Source: an uncultured Thermoleophilia bacterium (GTDB lineage: Bacteria > Actinomycetota > Thermoleophilia > Solirubrobacterales > CAVPYU01). From it: a DNA stretch of 64,000 nt. The notes under the pieces are model-generated. The model worked only from the letters and a program-made list of their open reading frames with translations, was not told where the DNA came from and did no database searches. Below, one piece after another: positions 1 through 9,111 of the stretch (positions are counted from its first letter, which is position 1; each line of letters starts with the position of its first letter). A program made the position numbers and the translations under genes. The stretch covers positions 624,143 through 688,142 of the forward strand of contig CAVPYU010000005.1 of the NCBI GenBank assembly GCA_963710065.1, in the 5' to 3' direction.

Positions 1-1359
1 GCCAGGGACGTGGCATTCCCACGCCTGAACATGCTCTCTTGGTGGCTTCTGGTCTTCGGCGGCGTGATGCTCTACGGCAGCTTGATTTGGAGCCCACCGG
101 AGGCTGGGTGGACGGCGTACGCACCACTTTCTGAAAACACCTTCCTTCCTAACAAAGGTATCGATGCCTTTATCGTCTCACTTCATCTAATCGGCATCGG
201 GACGATCGTGGGTGCGATCAACTTCATCGTGACGATTAAAAACATGCGTGCGCCGGGAATGAGCTGGAGCAGGCTGCCGCTTTTCGCATGGTCGGTACTT
301 ATCTACGCCGTACTGATTCTTATCGCAACGCCCGCCGTCGCCGCCGCACTCGCGATGCTGCTTGTAGACCGGCAGTTCGGTGGCGCCTTCTTTGACCCGG
401 TACAAGGAGGTAACGCACTGCTCTGGCAGCATCTCTTTTGGTTCTACTCACATCCGGCCGTCTACATAATGGTTCTTCCGGCCTTCGGCATGGTCAGCGA
501 GATCATCCCGGTCTTTGTTCGCAAACCCATCTTCGGAAAGACCGCTATGGCAGCGTCGATGGCGGTAATCGCTCTCTTGGGCCTACTCGTTTGGGCCCAT
601 CACATGTTCACGACTCCATTGCCGACCGTTGTGCTGGTCATTTTCATGTTAACTACGATGATGATCGCCGTACCGACCGGAGTAAAGGTTCTGAACTGGT
701 TGGCGACGATTTGGCGTGGTGCAATCACCTACAGAACCCCGATGATATTCGCGTTGGGTTTTCTCGCTCTATTTGTGATAGGTGGCATCACCGGGGTCAT
801 ACTATCGATCGTGCCACTCGACTGGCAGACCCACGACACCTACTTCGTGGTCGGTCACTTTCATTTCACGATGTTCGGCGGCGGTGTGTTCGGACTGTTC
901 GCCGGCCTCTACTTCTGGTTCCCGAAGATGTCGGGGCGGATGTTTAACGAAGGACTCGGCAAGCTCTCCTTTGTATTCATGTTCGTCGGATTCCTCCTAA
1001 CCTTCCTCGTCCAGCACAGCCTTGGTCTATCCGGTATGGTCCGCCGAATCTACGAGTACCCGGAAAGCGCGGGCTTTGCAACCGAGAACCTCATTTCAAC
1101 CATCGGCTCGTTCGTGCTCGCCACAGGTGTTCTTCTAACGGTCGTCAATGTTCTCTACTCCTTGAAGCGTGGCCGAAAAGCTGGTCCCGATCCGTGGCAA
1201 GGCGACACGTTAGAGTGGTTTACTGATTCTCCACCGCCGGAAAATAACTTCGACGAGATCCCTGTGGTAAAGAGTTCCGCGCCGATGCAAGATATTCGCA
1301 AGCAGATCGAACTCGAAAGTAGACGAGACGTCACGGAAGCAGAGCCCTCATCCCAGTGA
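1..1359 (+). CDS. ctaD: cytochrome c oxidase subunit I (heme-copper oxidase), 5' end upstream of window
   Basis: The frame of track ORF 10..1359 is open to the window edge. It carries subunit I signatures LFWFYSHPAVYIMVLP, AHHMFT and VVGHFHFTMFGG and many hydrophobic helices, and ctaA/ctaB follow. Confidence 0.95.
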   Translation, partial: ARDVAFPRLNMLSWWLLVFGGVMLYGSLIWSPPEAGWTAYAPLSENTFLPNKGIDAFIVSLHLIGIGTIVGAINFIVTIKNMRAPGMSWSRLPLFAWSVLIYAVLILIATPAVAAALAMLLVDRQFGGAFFDPVQGGNALLWQHLFWFYSHPAVYIMVLPAFGMVSEIIPVFVRKPIFGKTAMAASMAVIALLGLLVWAHHMFTTPLPTVVLVIFMLTTMMIAVPTGVKVLNWLATIWRGAITYRTPMIFALGFLALFVIGGITGVILSIVPLDWQTHDTYFVVGHFHFTMFGGGVFGLFAGLYFWFPKMSGRMFNEGLGKLSFVFMFVGFLLTFLVQHSLGLSGMVRRIYEYPESAGFATENLISTIGSFVLATGVLLTVVNVLYSLKRGRKAGPDPWQGDTLEWFTDSPPPENNFDEIPVVKSSAPMQDIRKQIELESRRDVTEAEPSSQ

Positions 1360-2372
1360 ATGAGGACCGGGATAAGAGGTCATATAGGGACAGGCTGGCT
1401 CGCTGGTCAGTGGTCGCAACTTTGCTGACATTCCTTTTGGTTGTTCTCGGCGGAATTGTCAGGGTAAGCGATAGTGGCCTGGGCTGCGGTCCCGCGGGAA
1501 GCGGAAGCCACGGATGGCCTTTTTGTGATGGTCGAGTCGTACCACTGCTCGACATCAGCTCGATAACCGAGTACAGCCATAGAGCACTTGCCGGATTGGT
1601 CGCTGTCGCAGCCGTATTGCTGCTTATCTACGTCTGGAGGCGGCTGCGTGACAATCAAACTGCACTGATACTGGCATCGATAGCAGTCGGTTCGGTCTTG
1701 ATACAAGCTGTGCTAGGTGGGCTTACCGTAGAGGAAGATCTAAATGAGGCGCTGGTTGCCGCCCATCTTGGGCTTGCAATGCTGCTGCTGGCTATGTTCC
1801 TAGGTCTTCGGAAGGTGGCCTCCGCTGGAACCAGCGGGCATACTCCCAGCAGCCGACTCTTTAAAACTCTGACCGCTCTGATGGTTACGGCAGTTCTGGG
1901 GACGATAATTGCGGGTGGATACGTTGCGGGAACCGAAGGTCATGGACGCGAATCGTTTGTTAAAGGTACCGGAGCGCACATGGCCTGTGGCAAAGAGTTT
2001 CCTACTTGTCAGGGCAAGTTCTTCCCATTCGGAACCAGCAAGCCGATCGACATCCAACTGATACACCGAGCGTTCATGTACGTGGCTTCGGCACTCATAC
2101 TCGTACTTTTTGTGATCGTGGCTACCGTTGCCAAATACAGACGACTTCTTCCAATCGCAGGCATCGGCGTGGGCATTCTTCTGCTACAGATTCTTCTTGG
2201 TGCGCTCAACGTTTGGATCGACGAAAAGGGATGGCTGGTAATCGCACACCTTTCGATAGGCACTGTCTTGTGGGTATGGAGTGTTCAGTTCGCGCTTACC
2301 CTGCTGCCAGCGCCTCAACATGCCACTGCTAAGGCTCCCATGGAGGACCGGGTTCAGGCAGAGCCTACTTGA
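1356..2372 (+). CDS. ctaA: heme A synthase (COX15/CtaA family)
   Basis: This is a 338-aa polytopic membrane protein with an N-terminal cysteine loop (SGLGCGP...WPFC) and conserved His in helices (HRALAG, AAHLGLA, HRAFMY, AHLSIG). The GTG start overlaps the ctaD stop (GTGA), and the gene sits between ctaD and ctaB. Confidence 0.85.
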   Translation: MNEDRDKRSYRDRLARWSVVATLLTFLLVVLGGIVRVSDSGLGCGPAGSGSHGWPFCDGRVVPLLDISSITEYSHRALAGLVAVAAVLLLIYVWRRLRDNQTALILASIAVGSVLIQAVLGGLTVEEDLNEALVAAHLGLAMLLLAMFLGLRKVASAGTSGHTPSSRLFKTLTALMVTAVLGTIIAGGYVAGTEGHGRESFVKGTGAHMACGKEFPTCQGKFFPFGTSKPIDIQLIHRAFMYVASALILVLFVIVATVAKYRRLLPIAGIGVGILLLQILLGALNVWIDEKGWLVIAHLSIGTVLWVWSVQFALTLLPAPQHATAKAPMEDRVQAEPT

Positions 2373-2376
2373 CATT

Positions 2377-3291
2377 ATGGATATCGAATCACAAGCGGAG
2401 GAAAGGACTGGAGTATCCGCACTCCCCCGCCGCATTCCGGCGATTGTTCGCGACTATGTATCGCTGACCAAGCCACGCGTAGTAGTGCTTCTTCTGTGGA
2501 CCACAGCAGTGTCGATGTTCGTCGCAGGAAGCCCTACGTTCCTTGTAGTAGCTGCAACCATGATCGGAGGATTCCTGGCTGCAGGTGGAGCTGGGGCGAT
2601 CAACCACTTCCTCGACCGCGATATCGACGGGCGCATGCAGAGGACCGCCCACAGACCACTGCCATCGGGACGAATGCACCCAGCGGCGGCACTCTGGTTC
2701 GGAATCGCACTTGCTGCCCTATCTTTCTCAGTCTTTGCGGTTCTGGTAAACGTGTTGGCCGGTGTTCTCTCGATTATTGGGCTGCTCTACTACACGCTTG
2801 TCTACACGGTCTGGCTCAAGCGTGTGACTCCACAGAACATTGTGATAGGCGGTGCTGCCGGTGCTGTGCCAACTCTGGTCGGTTGGGCGGCAGCAACCGG
2901 TAGTTTGGACATAGGTGCCCTGTACCTCTTCGCAATCGTCTTCTACTGGACACCTCCACATTTTTGGGCGCTGTCTCTTCTTATGAAGGACGACTATGAA
3001 AAGGGTGGGATACCGATGCTTCCCGTCGTGCGTGGAGAGAGTGAGACGCGACGTCAGATCTACCTATATACATGGCTCTTGGCGGCCGTTACGGTACTTC
3101 CTTTCGCCGGACAGCTATTCGGTGTTTTCTATCTAGTCTCCAGTCTTCTGCTCAACTCAGTATTCCTGCTTTTAGCGACATCGTTGATTCGTAAGCCCGG
3201 AAACAGATCAGCGCTTCGACTCTACCTATACTCTCTGCTGTATCTTGCCTTATTATTTAGCGCAATGTTGGTAGACAAGGTCGTTGGCTAG
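2377..3291 (+). CDS. ctaB: protoheme IX farnesyltransferase (heme O synthase, UbiA family)
   Basis: It has LTKPRVVVLLLWT and the Asp-rich motif NHFLDRDIDGRMQRTAHRPLPSG. I place the start at ATG 2377, 5 nt after the ctaA stop, rather than track start 2281, which overlaps ctaA. Confidence 0.9.
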   Translation: MDIESQAEERTGVSALPRRIPAIVRDYVSLTKPRVVVLLLWTTAVSMFVAGSPTFLVVAATMIGGFLAAGGAGAINHFLDRDIDGRMQRTAHRPLPSGRMHPAAALWFGIALAALSFSVFAVLVNVLAGVLSIIGLLYYTLVYTVWLKRVTPQNIVIGGAAGAVPTLVGWAAATGSLDIGALYLFAIVFYWTPPHFWALSLLMKDDYEKGGIPMLPVVRGESETRRQIYLYTWLLAAVTVLPFAGQLFGVFYLVSSLLLNSVFLLLATSLIRKPGNRSALRLYLYSLLYLALLFSAMLVDKVVG

Positions 3292-3298
3292 GTAGAAG

Positions 3299-3412
3299 AT
3301 GAACCGAAATACGACAAAGAAGAACATCTATGACGGGGTTTTGTTGGTATGCCTTGCGTGCGTAGTCTTCGGACTGACATTTTTAGCTGCCCACATCTTC
3401 TTGCTCTCTTAG
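3299..3412 (+). CDS. possible 37-aa single-helix membrane peptide (MNRNTTKKNIYDGVLLVCLACVVFGLTFLAAHIFLLS)
   Basis: Hand translation gives an ATG 8 nt after the ctaB stop and one hydrophobic helix. It is below the track cut-off and no homology could be assessed. Confidence 0.25.
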   Translation: MNRNTTKKNIYDGVLLVCLACVVFGLTFLAAHIFLLS

Positions 3413-3636
3413 GTAATAGCTTGGCTACCCCCGGTACAGACTCAAAAACACGTGAAGAGATTCACCTTCCGCCTCCGTCGGCCGTTCCTCTCGTGACCGC
3501 AATCGGGCTATCAATTCTGGTCGTTGGGCTGATCGTTGACTGGGTATTGATCGCAGTGGGAGGCATCGTTCTGATCGTGTCGATCCTCTGGTGGATCGCG
3601 GACGCAGAACGCGATTACGATAATTTGCCTGAGTAA
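3349..3636 (+). CDS. small two-helix membrane protein, possibly a cytochrome oxidase accessory or subunit IV-like protein
   Basis: The track ORF's C-terminal 70 aa form two hydrophobic helices after an HLPPPS motif. In-frame TTG 3421 is an alternative start that avoids overlap with the 37-aa ORF. It lies last in the cta cluster and is followed by a terminator. Confidence 0.45.
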   Translation: MPCVRSLRTDIFSCPHLLALLGNSLATPGTDSKTREEIHLPPPSAVPLVTAIGLSILVVGLIVDWVLIAVGGIVLIVSILWWIADAERDYDNLPE

Positions 3637-3638
3637 AA

Positions 3639-3670
3639 GAAATGCCAAATCATTGGCATTTCTTTTTTTT
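3639..3670 (+). terminator. rho-independent terminator between convergent genes
   Basis: A 10-bp perfect stem gaaatgccaa/ttggcatttc (3639-3648 / 3653-3662) with loop atca is followed by a T8 run (3663-3670). Confidence 0.75.
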
Positions 3671-4064
3671 AAACAACGCCTGCGTGTACCCATGCGCGCA
3701 CTATGTCACGCATCGATATTACGCCCATCAAATCTCCGCCGTCCATTACGAGTAGGTGCCTGAAGTTGTTCTTGACCATAGTCTCGGCCGCACGCTCCAA
3801 CTCCCAGTTCGGGTCTGCGATGATCAGATCATTGCTTACATGATCGCCCACGGTGGCAGCATTGGGATCCTCTCCCGCCGCGACCGAATTCAGGATATCC
3901 CGTTCTGTCAAGATGCCTGGACCCGGCCCGTCCGGGTCAAATAGGATCGCAGCGCCGACTTGGCGCTTGGACATCTGTTTTGCCACATCGCACAACGTAT
4001 GTGACGGGCCAACGGTCAACACCACATCGGTCATTGCGTCACGAACTGTCATAGATTCTCCCAA
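3669..4064 (-). CDS. CBS-pair domain protein
   Basis: This 131-aa protein has two CBS repeats (VRDAMT...GILTERDIL; ...LMGVISMRDIV). Confidence 0.85.
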   Translation of the reverse strand: MGESMTVRDAMTDVVLTVGPSHTLCDVAKQMSKRQVGAAILFDPDGPGPGILTERDILNSVAAGEDPNAATVGDHVSNDLIIADPNWELERAAETMVKNNFRHLLVMDGGDLMGVISMRDIVRAWVHAGVV

Positions 4065-4225
4065 CTTCTCTTATATAGATAGTGCCAAATGTATCAATCT
4101 TAGGCTACTTCATCCCCTCATTCAACGCTATTTTGACCTATTTTTCAAAAAAAGGGTTCACAAAGGTCGTGACATACGTCATTATGTATAACACAACAGT
4201 GGGGGGAACTGCGGCACCACATGCT

Positions 4226-4615
4226 ATGTCGCAGCAGCGTATCAAAACCGCAGAGTACAGGGCCGAGCTTTTCGATAGCGCGACCGAATTAATCGAGCGC
4301 GAATATGCCGATCAACTCAGTCTCGGCGGCGTTGCGCACAGAATCGCTACCTCAGGCCGTCAACTTCAACGAGCCTTTAACGAAGTCGGCCATACTACAT
4401 TCAGTGACCACCTGATAAAGATCCGCATGAAGCGTGCAGCAAGTTTGCTGAGTGACTCTAACTTGAAGATAGCTGAGGTGGCCCGACAGGTCGGCTATCA
4501 CCAACCCAACTACTTTTCCAAGATCTTTCGCCGTTACTTGGGGATTGCCCCAACCATGTATCGCCGTCTCAACGGCAGGGCAGACGACATGCGTTGGCCT
4601 CAAAACTGGAGGTAG
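4226..4615 (+). CDS. AraC-family HTH transcriptional regulator (short, DNA-binding domain only)
   Basis: It shows the double HTH typical of AraC (LSLGGVAHRIATSGRQLQRAF ... IAEVARQVGYHQPNYFSKIFRRYLGIAP). The start was chosen at ATG 4226 after a G-rich tract; ATG 4184 and 4082 are alternatives. Confidence 0.8.
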   Translation: MSQQRIKTAEYRAELFDSATELIEREYADQLSLGGVAHRIATSGRQLQRAFNEVGHTTFSDHLIKIRMKRAASLLSDSNLKIAEVARQVGYHQPNYFSKIFRRYLGIAPTMYRRLNGRADDMRWPQNWR

Positions 4616-4620
4616 AAGGA

Positions 4621-4672
4621 AGGGGTCAGATCGTGCATCGTGCATTAATGCACGATGCACGATCTGACCCCT
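4621..4672. repeat. 52-nt perfect palindrome (26-bp arms); probable bidirectional terminator lacking a U tract
   Basis: The sequence aggggtcagatcgtgcatcgtgcatt|aatgcacgatgcacgatctgacccct reads identically on both strands. It lies between the convergent AraC and GT4 genes and overlaps the GT4 stop codon. Confidence 0.75.
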
Positions 4673-6167
4673 ATTCATAGCTATCGTCAGTGAGCTTTCC
4701 CTCAGCAGCGTCAATGATGTTCGTTGCAACGCCCTCCCAGCTCCACAGGCGCGCAGCCTCCGCACTTACTTCCAATCTCAGCTGAGCACGCTCCTCTTCT
4801 GGAAGGTCCATCCAGTCGTTTATACGCACAGCGAGGTCCGTAACAGCACGTTCCCCAAGATCGAACGACAGAAGTTCGCTTCGCATCCCAGGCACCGCTG
4901 AAGCAAGGCTGGATGACACCTCCGCAAGGCCGGAGTGATTTGCAACGATCGGCCAAACACCACAGACAGCGGCTTCAGCAGCGACCATCCCAAAGGCTTC
5001 TGGAAATGTACTCGGTACCGTCATGACCTCGCAAGCGGGCAGAAGGGCCGAGAGCTGCGCGTGATCCATCTCACCGAGAAATCTCACATTCCCTTCGTCA
5101 AGATTCGAGGCAAGGCCAAAATAGTTTTGATCTTCTTCGCCGTGCAGATCTTCAAGAAAGTCCGATAAACAATCAAGTCTGTCTGCTTCACCACCTTCTA
5201 ACTCGCGACCACGTTTGGCAATCTGTTCAAGCGTATCTCGATCGCCCCTAGAGAGAGCTTTCAACATCTGCTCAAGAGTGCTGCGATAGCGACCGAACCC
5301 AACAATCAACAGCTTGGCGTTTTTATGCCTTGCCAAAACGTACGGCCAGGCTGCAAGAAGAAGTTCGACCCCTTTCGAGACGATCAGCTTACCGACAAAC
5401 ACGACCAGTCGGTCTTTACCTTGATCGATGTCTGTCACAGATACCGACTGCATCAGTTTCGCAAACGACTGTTGTACGTCTGCAACGTCGTGCAGACGAA
5501 ACTCATTTGTATCCACACCAGGCGGTCCTTTGCAGATACGGTCAGACAGACTTCGATCCCTCATAACCTCAATTAGACGATCGCCGACATGGCTGCTTCC
5601 GACCAAGATTGAACGCGCTGCCCTCAAACCTTCGCTGGCCTCCGGCAAGAACCTCGGATTTGGAGCAACTGTGTACTCGAGGGCACTACCGTGAACCTTT
5701 ACTACATACGGAGTACGACCAGCAATCGCCCTTGCCAGAATAACCGGGCCCATAACCAGATGGTTTGCCAAGGCGATATCGGGCTCCACCTCATCGGCAA
5801 CCGACTCAACCGATTCAACGTTTACTGCCAAATAGTGATCCAACTCCTTCTCGCTCAGCTCGTCAAAAGTCTTCGCTTCAAACCCTGCGTACGTGTCTGC
5901 GACGTAGACGGGCAGGATGTCGCCGATCTCCGGTCGGTACACGGTACAACTTCCTTCTGCCCGTGACTCCCGAACTGGCTTCAACTCGATTCCATTGCCG
6001 ACGAACTCTCCGCAAGCACTGACAAAGTCCAACTCCTCAGCTTTCCTGTCTTGGCAGAAAAGGTGGACCTCGTGCCCTAGAGACACCAGTTCGCGTGCGA
6101 CATTGACCGTATAGATGTTGCTACCAGTGCCACTTAAAAGATATCCATGAAAGATCAGTATTCGCAT
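4671..6167 (-). CDS. GT-B fold glycosyltransferase (family 4/1-like), about 498 aa
   Basis: It has the N-terminal MRILIFHGYLLSGTGSNIY Rossmann start and the C-terminal PSTFPEAFGMVAAEAAVCG motif typical of GT4. The start is placed at ATG 6167 (MRILIF). Confidence 0.85.
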   Translation of the reverse strand: MRILIFHGYLLSGTGSNIYTVNVARELVSLGHEVHLFCQDRKAEELDFVSACGEFVGNGIELKPVRESRAEGSCTVYRPEIGDILPVYVADTYAGFEAKTFDELSEKELDHYLAVNVESVESVADEVEPDIALANHLVMGPVILARAIAGRTPYVVKVHGSALEYTVAPNPRFLPEASEGLRAARSILVGSSHVGDRLIEVMRDRSLSDRICKGPPGVDTNEFRLHDVADVQQSFAKLMQSVSVTDIDQGKDRLVVFVGKLIVSKGVELLLAAWPYVLARHKNAKLLIVGFGRYRSTLEQMLKALSRGDRDTLEQIAKRGRELEGGEADRLDCLSDFLEDLHGEEDQNYFGLASNLDEGNVRFLGEMDHAQLSALLPACEVMTVPSTFPEAFGMVAAEAAVCGVWPIVANHSGLAEVSSSLASAVPGMRSELLSFDLGERAVTDLAVRINDWMDLPEEERAQLRLEVSAEAARLWSWEGVATNIIDAAEGKLTDDSYE

Positions 6168-6287
6168 TGTCGACAATATATCCGACCGCATTGGGTAGAA
6201 CTAGTATCGATCCGCACATGAAGTGCGTCTCCTTAAAAGCATTGGGATGAGTACTGAGAGCGCCGGCGTTGTAAACTACAGCTCGCT

Positions 6288-6560
6288 TTGTCGATGCGCC
6301 AGAAATACAGGCTACGTTCAAAACGCTCTGGAAAAGAGGCTGTAAGTGACCGGGTTGAGCCTGATCGCATCTACGTCGACAGTAAAACCGGCGAGGAGAT
6401 GGAGGTGGTAGGCGAACTGCTGCCACTTGCGCCCTCGCAGTCGGAGCTACCCAGGACGCCGAAAAACCTGCAGCTCTGCCCCCACTGTGATCAACTAACC
6501 GGCCGCGACCTAAGCGACTGCGCGTACTGTGGCAGACGAATCGCCGCAAAAGAGCATTGA
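6288..6560 (+). CDS. hypothetical small protein with C-terminal zinc-ribbon (CPHC...CAYC)
   Basis: This track ORF encodes a basic N-terminus and a four-Cys ribbon at the C-terminus. No family was recognised. Confidence 0.4.
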   Translation: MSMRQKYRLRSKRSGKEAVSDRVEPDRIYVDSKTGEEMEVVGELLPLAPSQSELPRTPKNLQLCPHCDQLTGRDLSDCAYCGRRIAAKEH

Positions 6561-6656
6561 TATAAAAGAGTCTACCCCTGTAGGCAAGACTACGACTGAC
6601 CAGCGGTAGACAGTTCGCAGCATGGTTTTGAGCGTGAAGGTCGAAGGGCTATATGT

Positions 6657-7004
6657 ATGAGAAAACTGTTTATGGGTGTGATTGCGATTGCTGCTGGTGC
6701 GGCCTTGGGAGCCGCAATTGTCTCCTGCGGTGATCAGACGTCGAGCACAACTGAAACTACTGTGCCGGAGCTGACGACTCCAATGGGCGATGAAACCGAG
6801 ACACAACCGGTCCAACCGAGTACATCGACCAGTGATACTGCCACAAACACAACTGAGACATCTACGACCAGCGATAATCGGGATAAGACAACCACCTCTG
6901 AGCGGTCTCCTGACACCGAGACGACCGACAAACCACCCCCCGCAGACAGCGCCGCCGAGAGGTTCGAGCGCTACTGCGACGAGAACCCAGGAGCTTGTGA
7001 CTAG
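6657..7004 (+). CDS. putative lipoprotein, Thr/Ser/Glu-rich
   Basis: It has a signal peptide with a lipobox-like AIVSC|G, followed by a low-complexity T/S/E-rich region. Confidence 0.6.
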   Translation: MRKLFMGVIAIAAGAALGAAIVSCGDQTSSTTETTVPELTTPMGDETETQPVQPSTSTSDTATNTTETSTTSDNRDKTTTSERSPDTETTDKPPPADSAAERFERYCDENPGACD

Positions 7005-7008
7005 GGTC

Positions 7009-7686
7009 TTATTCCGTCTCTACGTTTGCGTAGTAGAGAAGTTGAGCCGTCCTGTAAAGGCACTGATACGGCCGGGTGCTTTTAAGACGTGTGTGCGTTA
7101 CGCCCTTCTTAACATTGCTGCAACTTCCACGCTTGCGATCCGCTCTCCACGAGTACGTTGAGGGTAGATTCACTCTGAATGCCGGTGCCCAGCTGAACAC
7201 TGTCAACGAAATCACGTCCCCCTCGCTCACTGAAAGTGGATCGTCGAGGACAAAGGCCGGTGAACTTCCAAAGTACGATGTGACCTCCACCGTTGGGGTC
7301 TGGCGCATCAGCCGGTAGCGACTGCCTCCTCCTTTAGTGCTATTCGACTTACGTAGAACCGCCAATCTTACGCGTGAACGCTCGCCGAAAATATCGTTGA
7401 AGAAGCTGACCCACTTTCCTGGAAGGCCCATAACCATTCCCCAAGAGACGACCCTCCCCTTCTTGACATCGACGATGTAAGGCCCGCGTCGGGTTCCAGA
7501 GCGAGCCATAAAGCCGGTCGTCTTTCCGACGACCGTGCAGTTCTTGGGTTTGGGCTCACAGGACGGCTTGACGTTGTACGGCAGACGGCCGTAGGTCACC
7601 AATTTAGCTTCCGCTTCGGTAATTGTCAGCGCTGTGAAAAGTGCGCATGCAGCTACCGCCGCGATAGAAATACCTGTTTTCTTCAT
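7009..7686 (-). CDS. secreted hypothetical protein
   Basis: An N-terminal signal peptide (MKKTGISIAAVAACALFTALTITEAEA) is present. The start is placed at ATG 7686. Confidence 0.6.
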   Translation of the reverse strand: MKKTGISIAAVAACALFTALTITEAEAKLVTYGRLPYNVKPSCEPKPKNCTVVGKTTGFMARSGTRRGPYIVDVKKGRVVSWGMVMGLPGKWVSFFNDIFGERSRVRLAVLRKSNSTKGGGSRYRLMRQTPTVEVTSYFGSSPAFVLDDPLSVSEGDVISLTVFSWAPAFRVNLPSTYSWRADRKRGSCSNVKKGVTHTRLKSTRPYQCLYRTAQLLYYANVETE

Positions 7687-7963
7687 GATTTCTGCACTCA
7701 CCAGTGTGTCAGGATAGACAATGGCCTCTCGATTTGCTTAAAACACACATCTATTCAGCACGTATTGCCTTATCATCGTTACCGCTCACCGACCGACGTA
7801 CATGGCCGCCGAACGGTGTGACTTTCTGTCGCATCGGCCAAACAACTTGGGGATTCGCTTAGTTCCGTACACGCTCAACCCCAGATTCCATTGATGATCA
7901 CCCGTGGTGAACAGTTACAACACATAATAGTGACGTCAGTTACGGTATTCCTGACTATTTGTG

Positions 7964-8821
7964 TCAGACTGCCGGCGAAACTGCAGTCAAGGGCTCTTCA
8001 GTGCTGGATTCCTTGGTAGTAGAGGAGTGTCGGCCTAGAAAGTTGAGCGTCATCTGTGCCAGCTCCTGCTCTACGTCCGTGGTAATGATGTGCCCGGCCC
8101 CAGGGAAGATCGCCAGTTCAGAGTTTCGGATACCTCTAGCCAATGTGTATGCACAGCTCGGGGGAACCAGTCCATCTTCCGATCCGTGGGCTATCAGAGT
8201 GGGCGTTTCGATCTCGTGCAATCTCTTCCTGGTATCGTGGCCTCTGACTGCCAACATCTGAAGGATCGACGTTCGAGCGGGCGTGGCATCCTGAATTCTT
8301 TGACGTAGATCCTCCTCCACTCGTTCACGTGAGCCGATCAACGTTTGCTTCCCGTAGATGGCAGGTGCGATTATCGGAAGTGCTCGTTTAAACCCTACTA
8401 AAGGTCTCATCGCCATTCCGGCCGTAGTTCTGAGGTCTATTCGCGCCATCTCCCCATAGCTTGCGGTAGTGCCTCCCAGAAGCAGAGATTTGACGCGCTC
8501 TGGATAGTTCAGTGTTAGATGCTGCGCAACCATCCCACCAAAAGACCCACCTATCACATGGGCGCGGTCGACCCCAGCGGCATCAAGCACAGCGATCGCA
8601 TCGTCCGCCACCTCGCTGGCACTGAAAGCCCTCCACGGCTTGTCGCTCAATCCTGTGCCACGATTGTCAGGCAGGATGGCTCTGTATCGATCTGCGATGT
8701 AGGGAGTAAATCGGTACCAACCTTCGTGGCTTGCGGCAAGTCCCATAATCATTAGTACTGGCTCGCCTTCGCCACTAGATTCCCAATGGATCCGCAACGA
8801 TCCGTTTCTAGCTATTGCCAT
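7964..8821 (-). CDS. alpha/beta-fold hydrolase
   Basis: It has a nucleophile elbow GGSFGG, HG-like N-terminal strand VLMIMGLAASH and a C-terminal PGAGH catalytic His region. Confidence 0.85.
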   Translation of the reverse strand: MAIARNGSLRIHWESSGEGEPVLMIMGLAASHEGWYRFTPYIADRYRAILPDNRGTGLSDKPWRAFSASEVADDAIAVLDAAGVDRAHVIGGSFGGMVAQHLTLNYPERVKSLLLGGTTASYGEMARIDLRTTAGMAMRPLVGFKRALPIIAPAIYGKQTLIGSRERVEEDLRQRIQDATPARTSILQMLAVRGHDTRKRLHEIETPTLIAHGSEDGLVPPSCAYTLARGIRNSELAIFPGAGHIITTDVEQELAQMTLNFLGRHSSTTKESSTEEPLTAVSPAV

Positions 8822-8946
8822 ATCAAATCTTTCTTACAAAAGGCTGCCGAGAACAGCCAACCTACTCAGAAGTAGCATCCAGCGACTAACTATACCATCT
8901 GTTTATTTATGGCTCCAAACGTAACCGTTCACGGGAGGGGCAAGCG

Positions 8947-9077
8947 GTGGGTCTGGGGTTTGGATTGAAAAGGCTCTGGGACGACTGCACATGGATGCGC
9001 AAGCCAGGGATGGCTTGCGTGGCGTCCCAGGAGTGGCGGGACGAAGCGCCCTTTTCAAGCTGAACCCCAGAACCCAC
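8947..9077. ncRNA. candidate structured RNA or palindromic element (four stacked helices, GGGA apical loop); class unknown
   Basis: Hand pairing gives four helices: 8947-8960/9063-9077 (14 bp, one bulge), 8965-8973/9050-9058 (9 bp), 8976-8983/9023-9030 (8 bp) and 8998-9006/9011-9019 (9 bp, loop GGGA). It lies in a 290-nt gap between two minus-strand genes. Confidence 0.35.
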
Positions 9078-9111
9078 TATGAGACTAGGTGAACACTTAC
9101 GTCAAACTACT

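Noticed and set aside
2281-2376. The track extends ctaB at its N-terminus.
   Set aside because: The extension overlaps the 3' end of ctaA in another frame. ATG 2377 follows the ctaA stop.
8947-9077. I tested whether the hairpin element is SRP RNA, 6S RNA, a tRNA or a known riboswitch.
   Set aside because: It has no GGAAGCAGC-type SRP domain IV motif and no tRNA cloverleaf or T-loop. It has no large central bubble typical of 6S, and no match to the riboswitch cores I can recall (TPP, SAM, FMN, cobalamin, glycine, ZTP, c-di-GMP). I kept it as an unclassified element.
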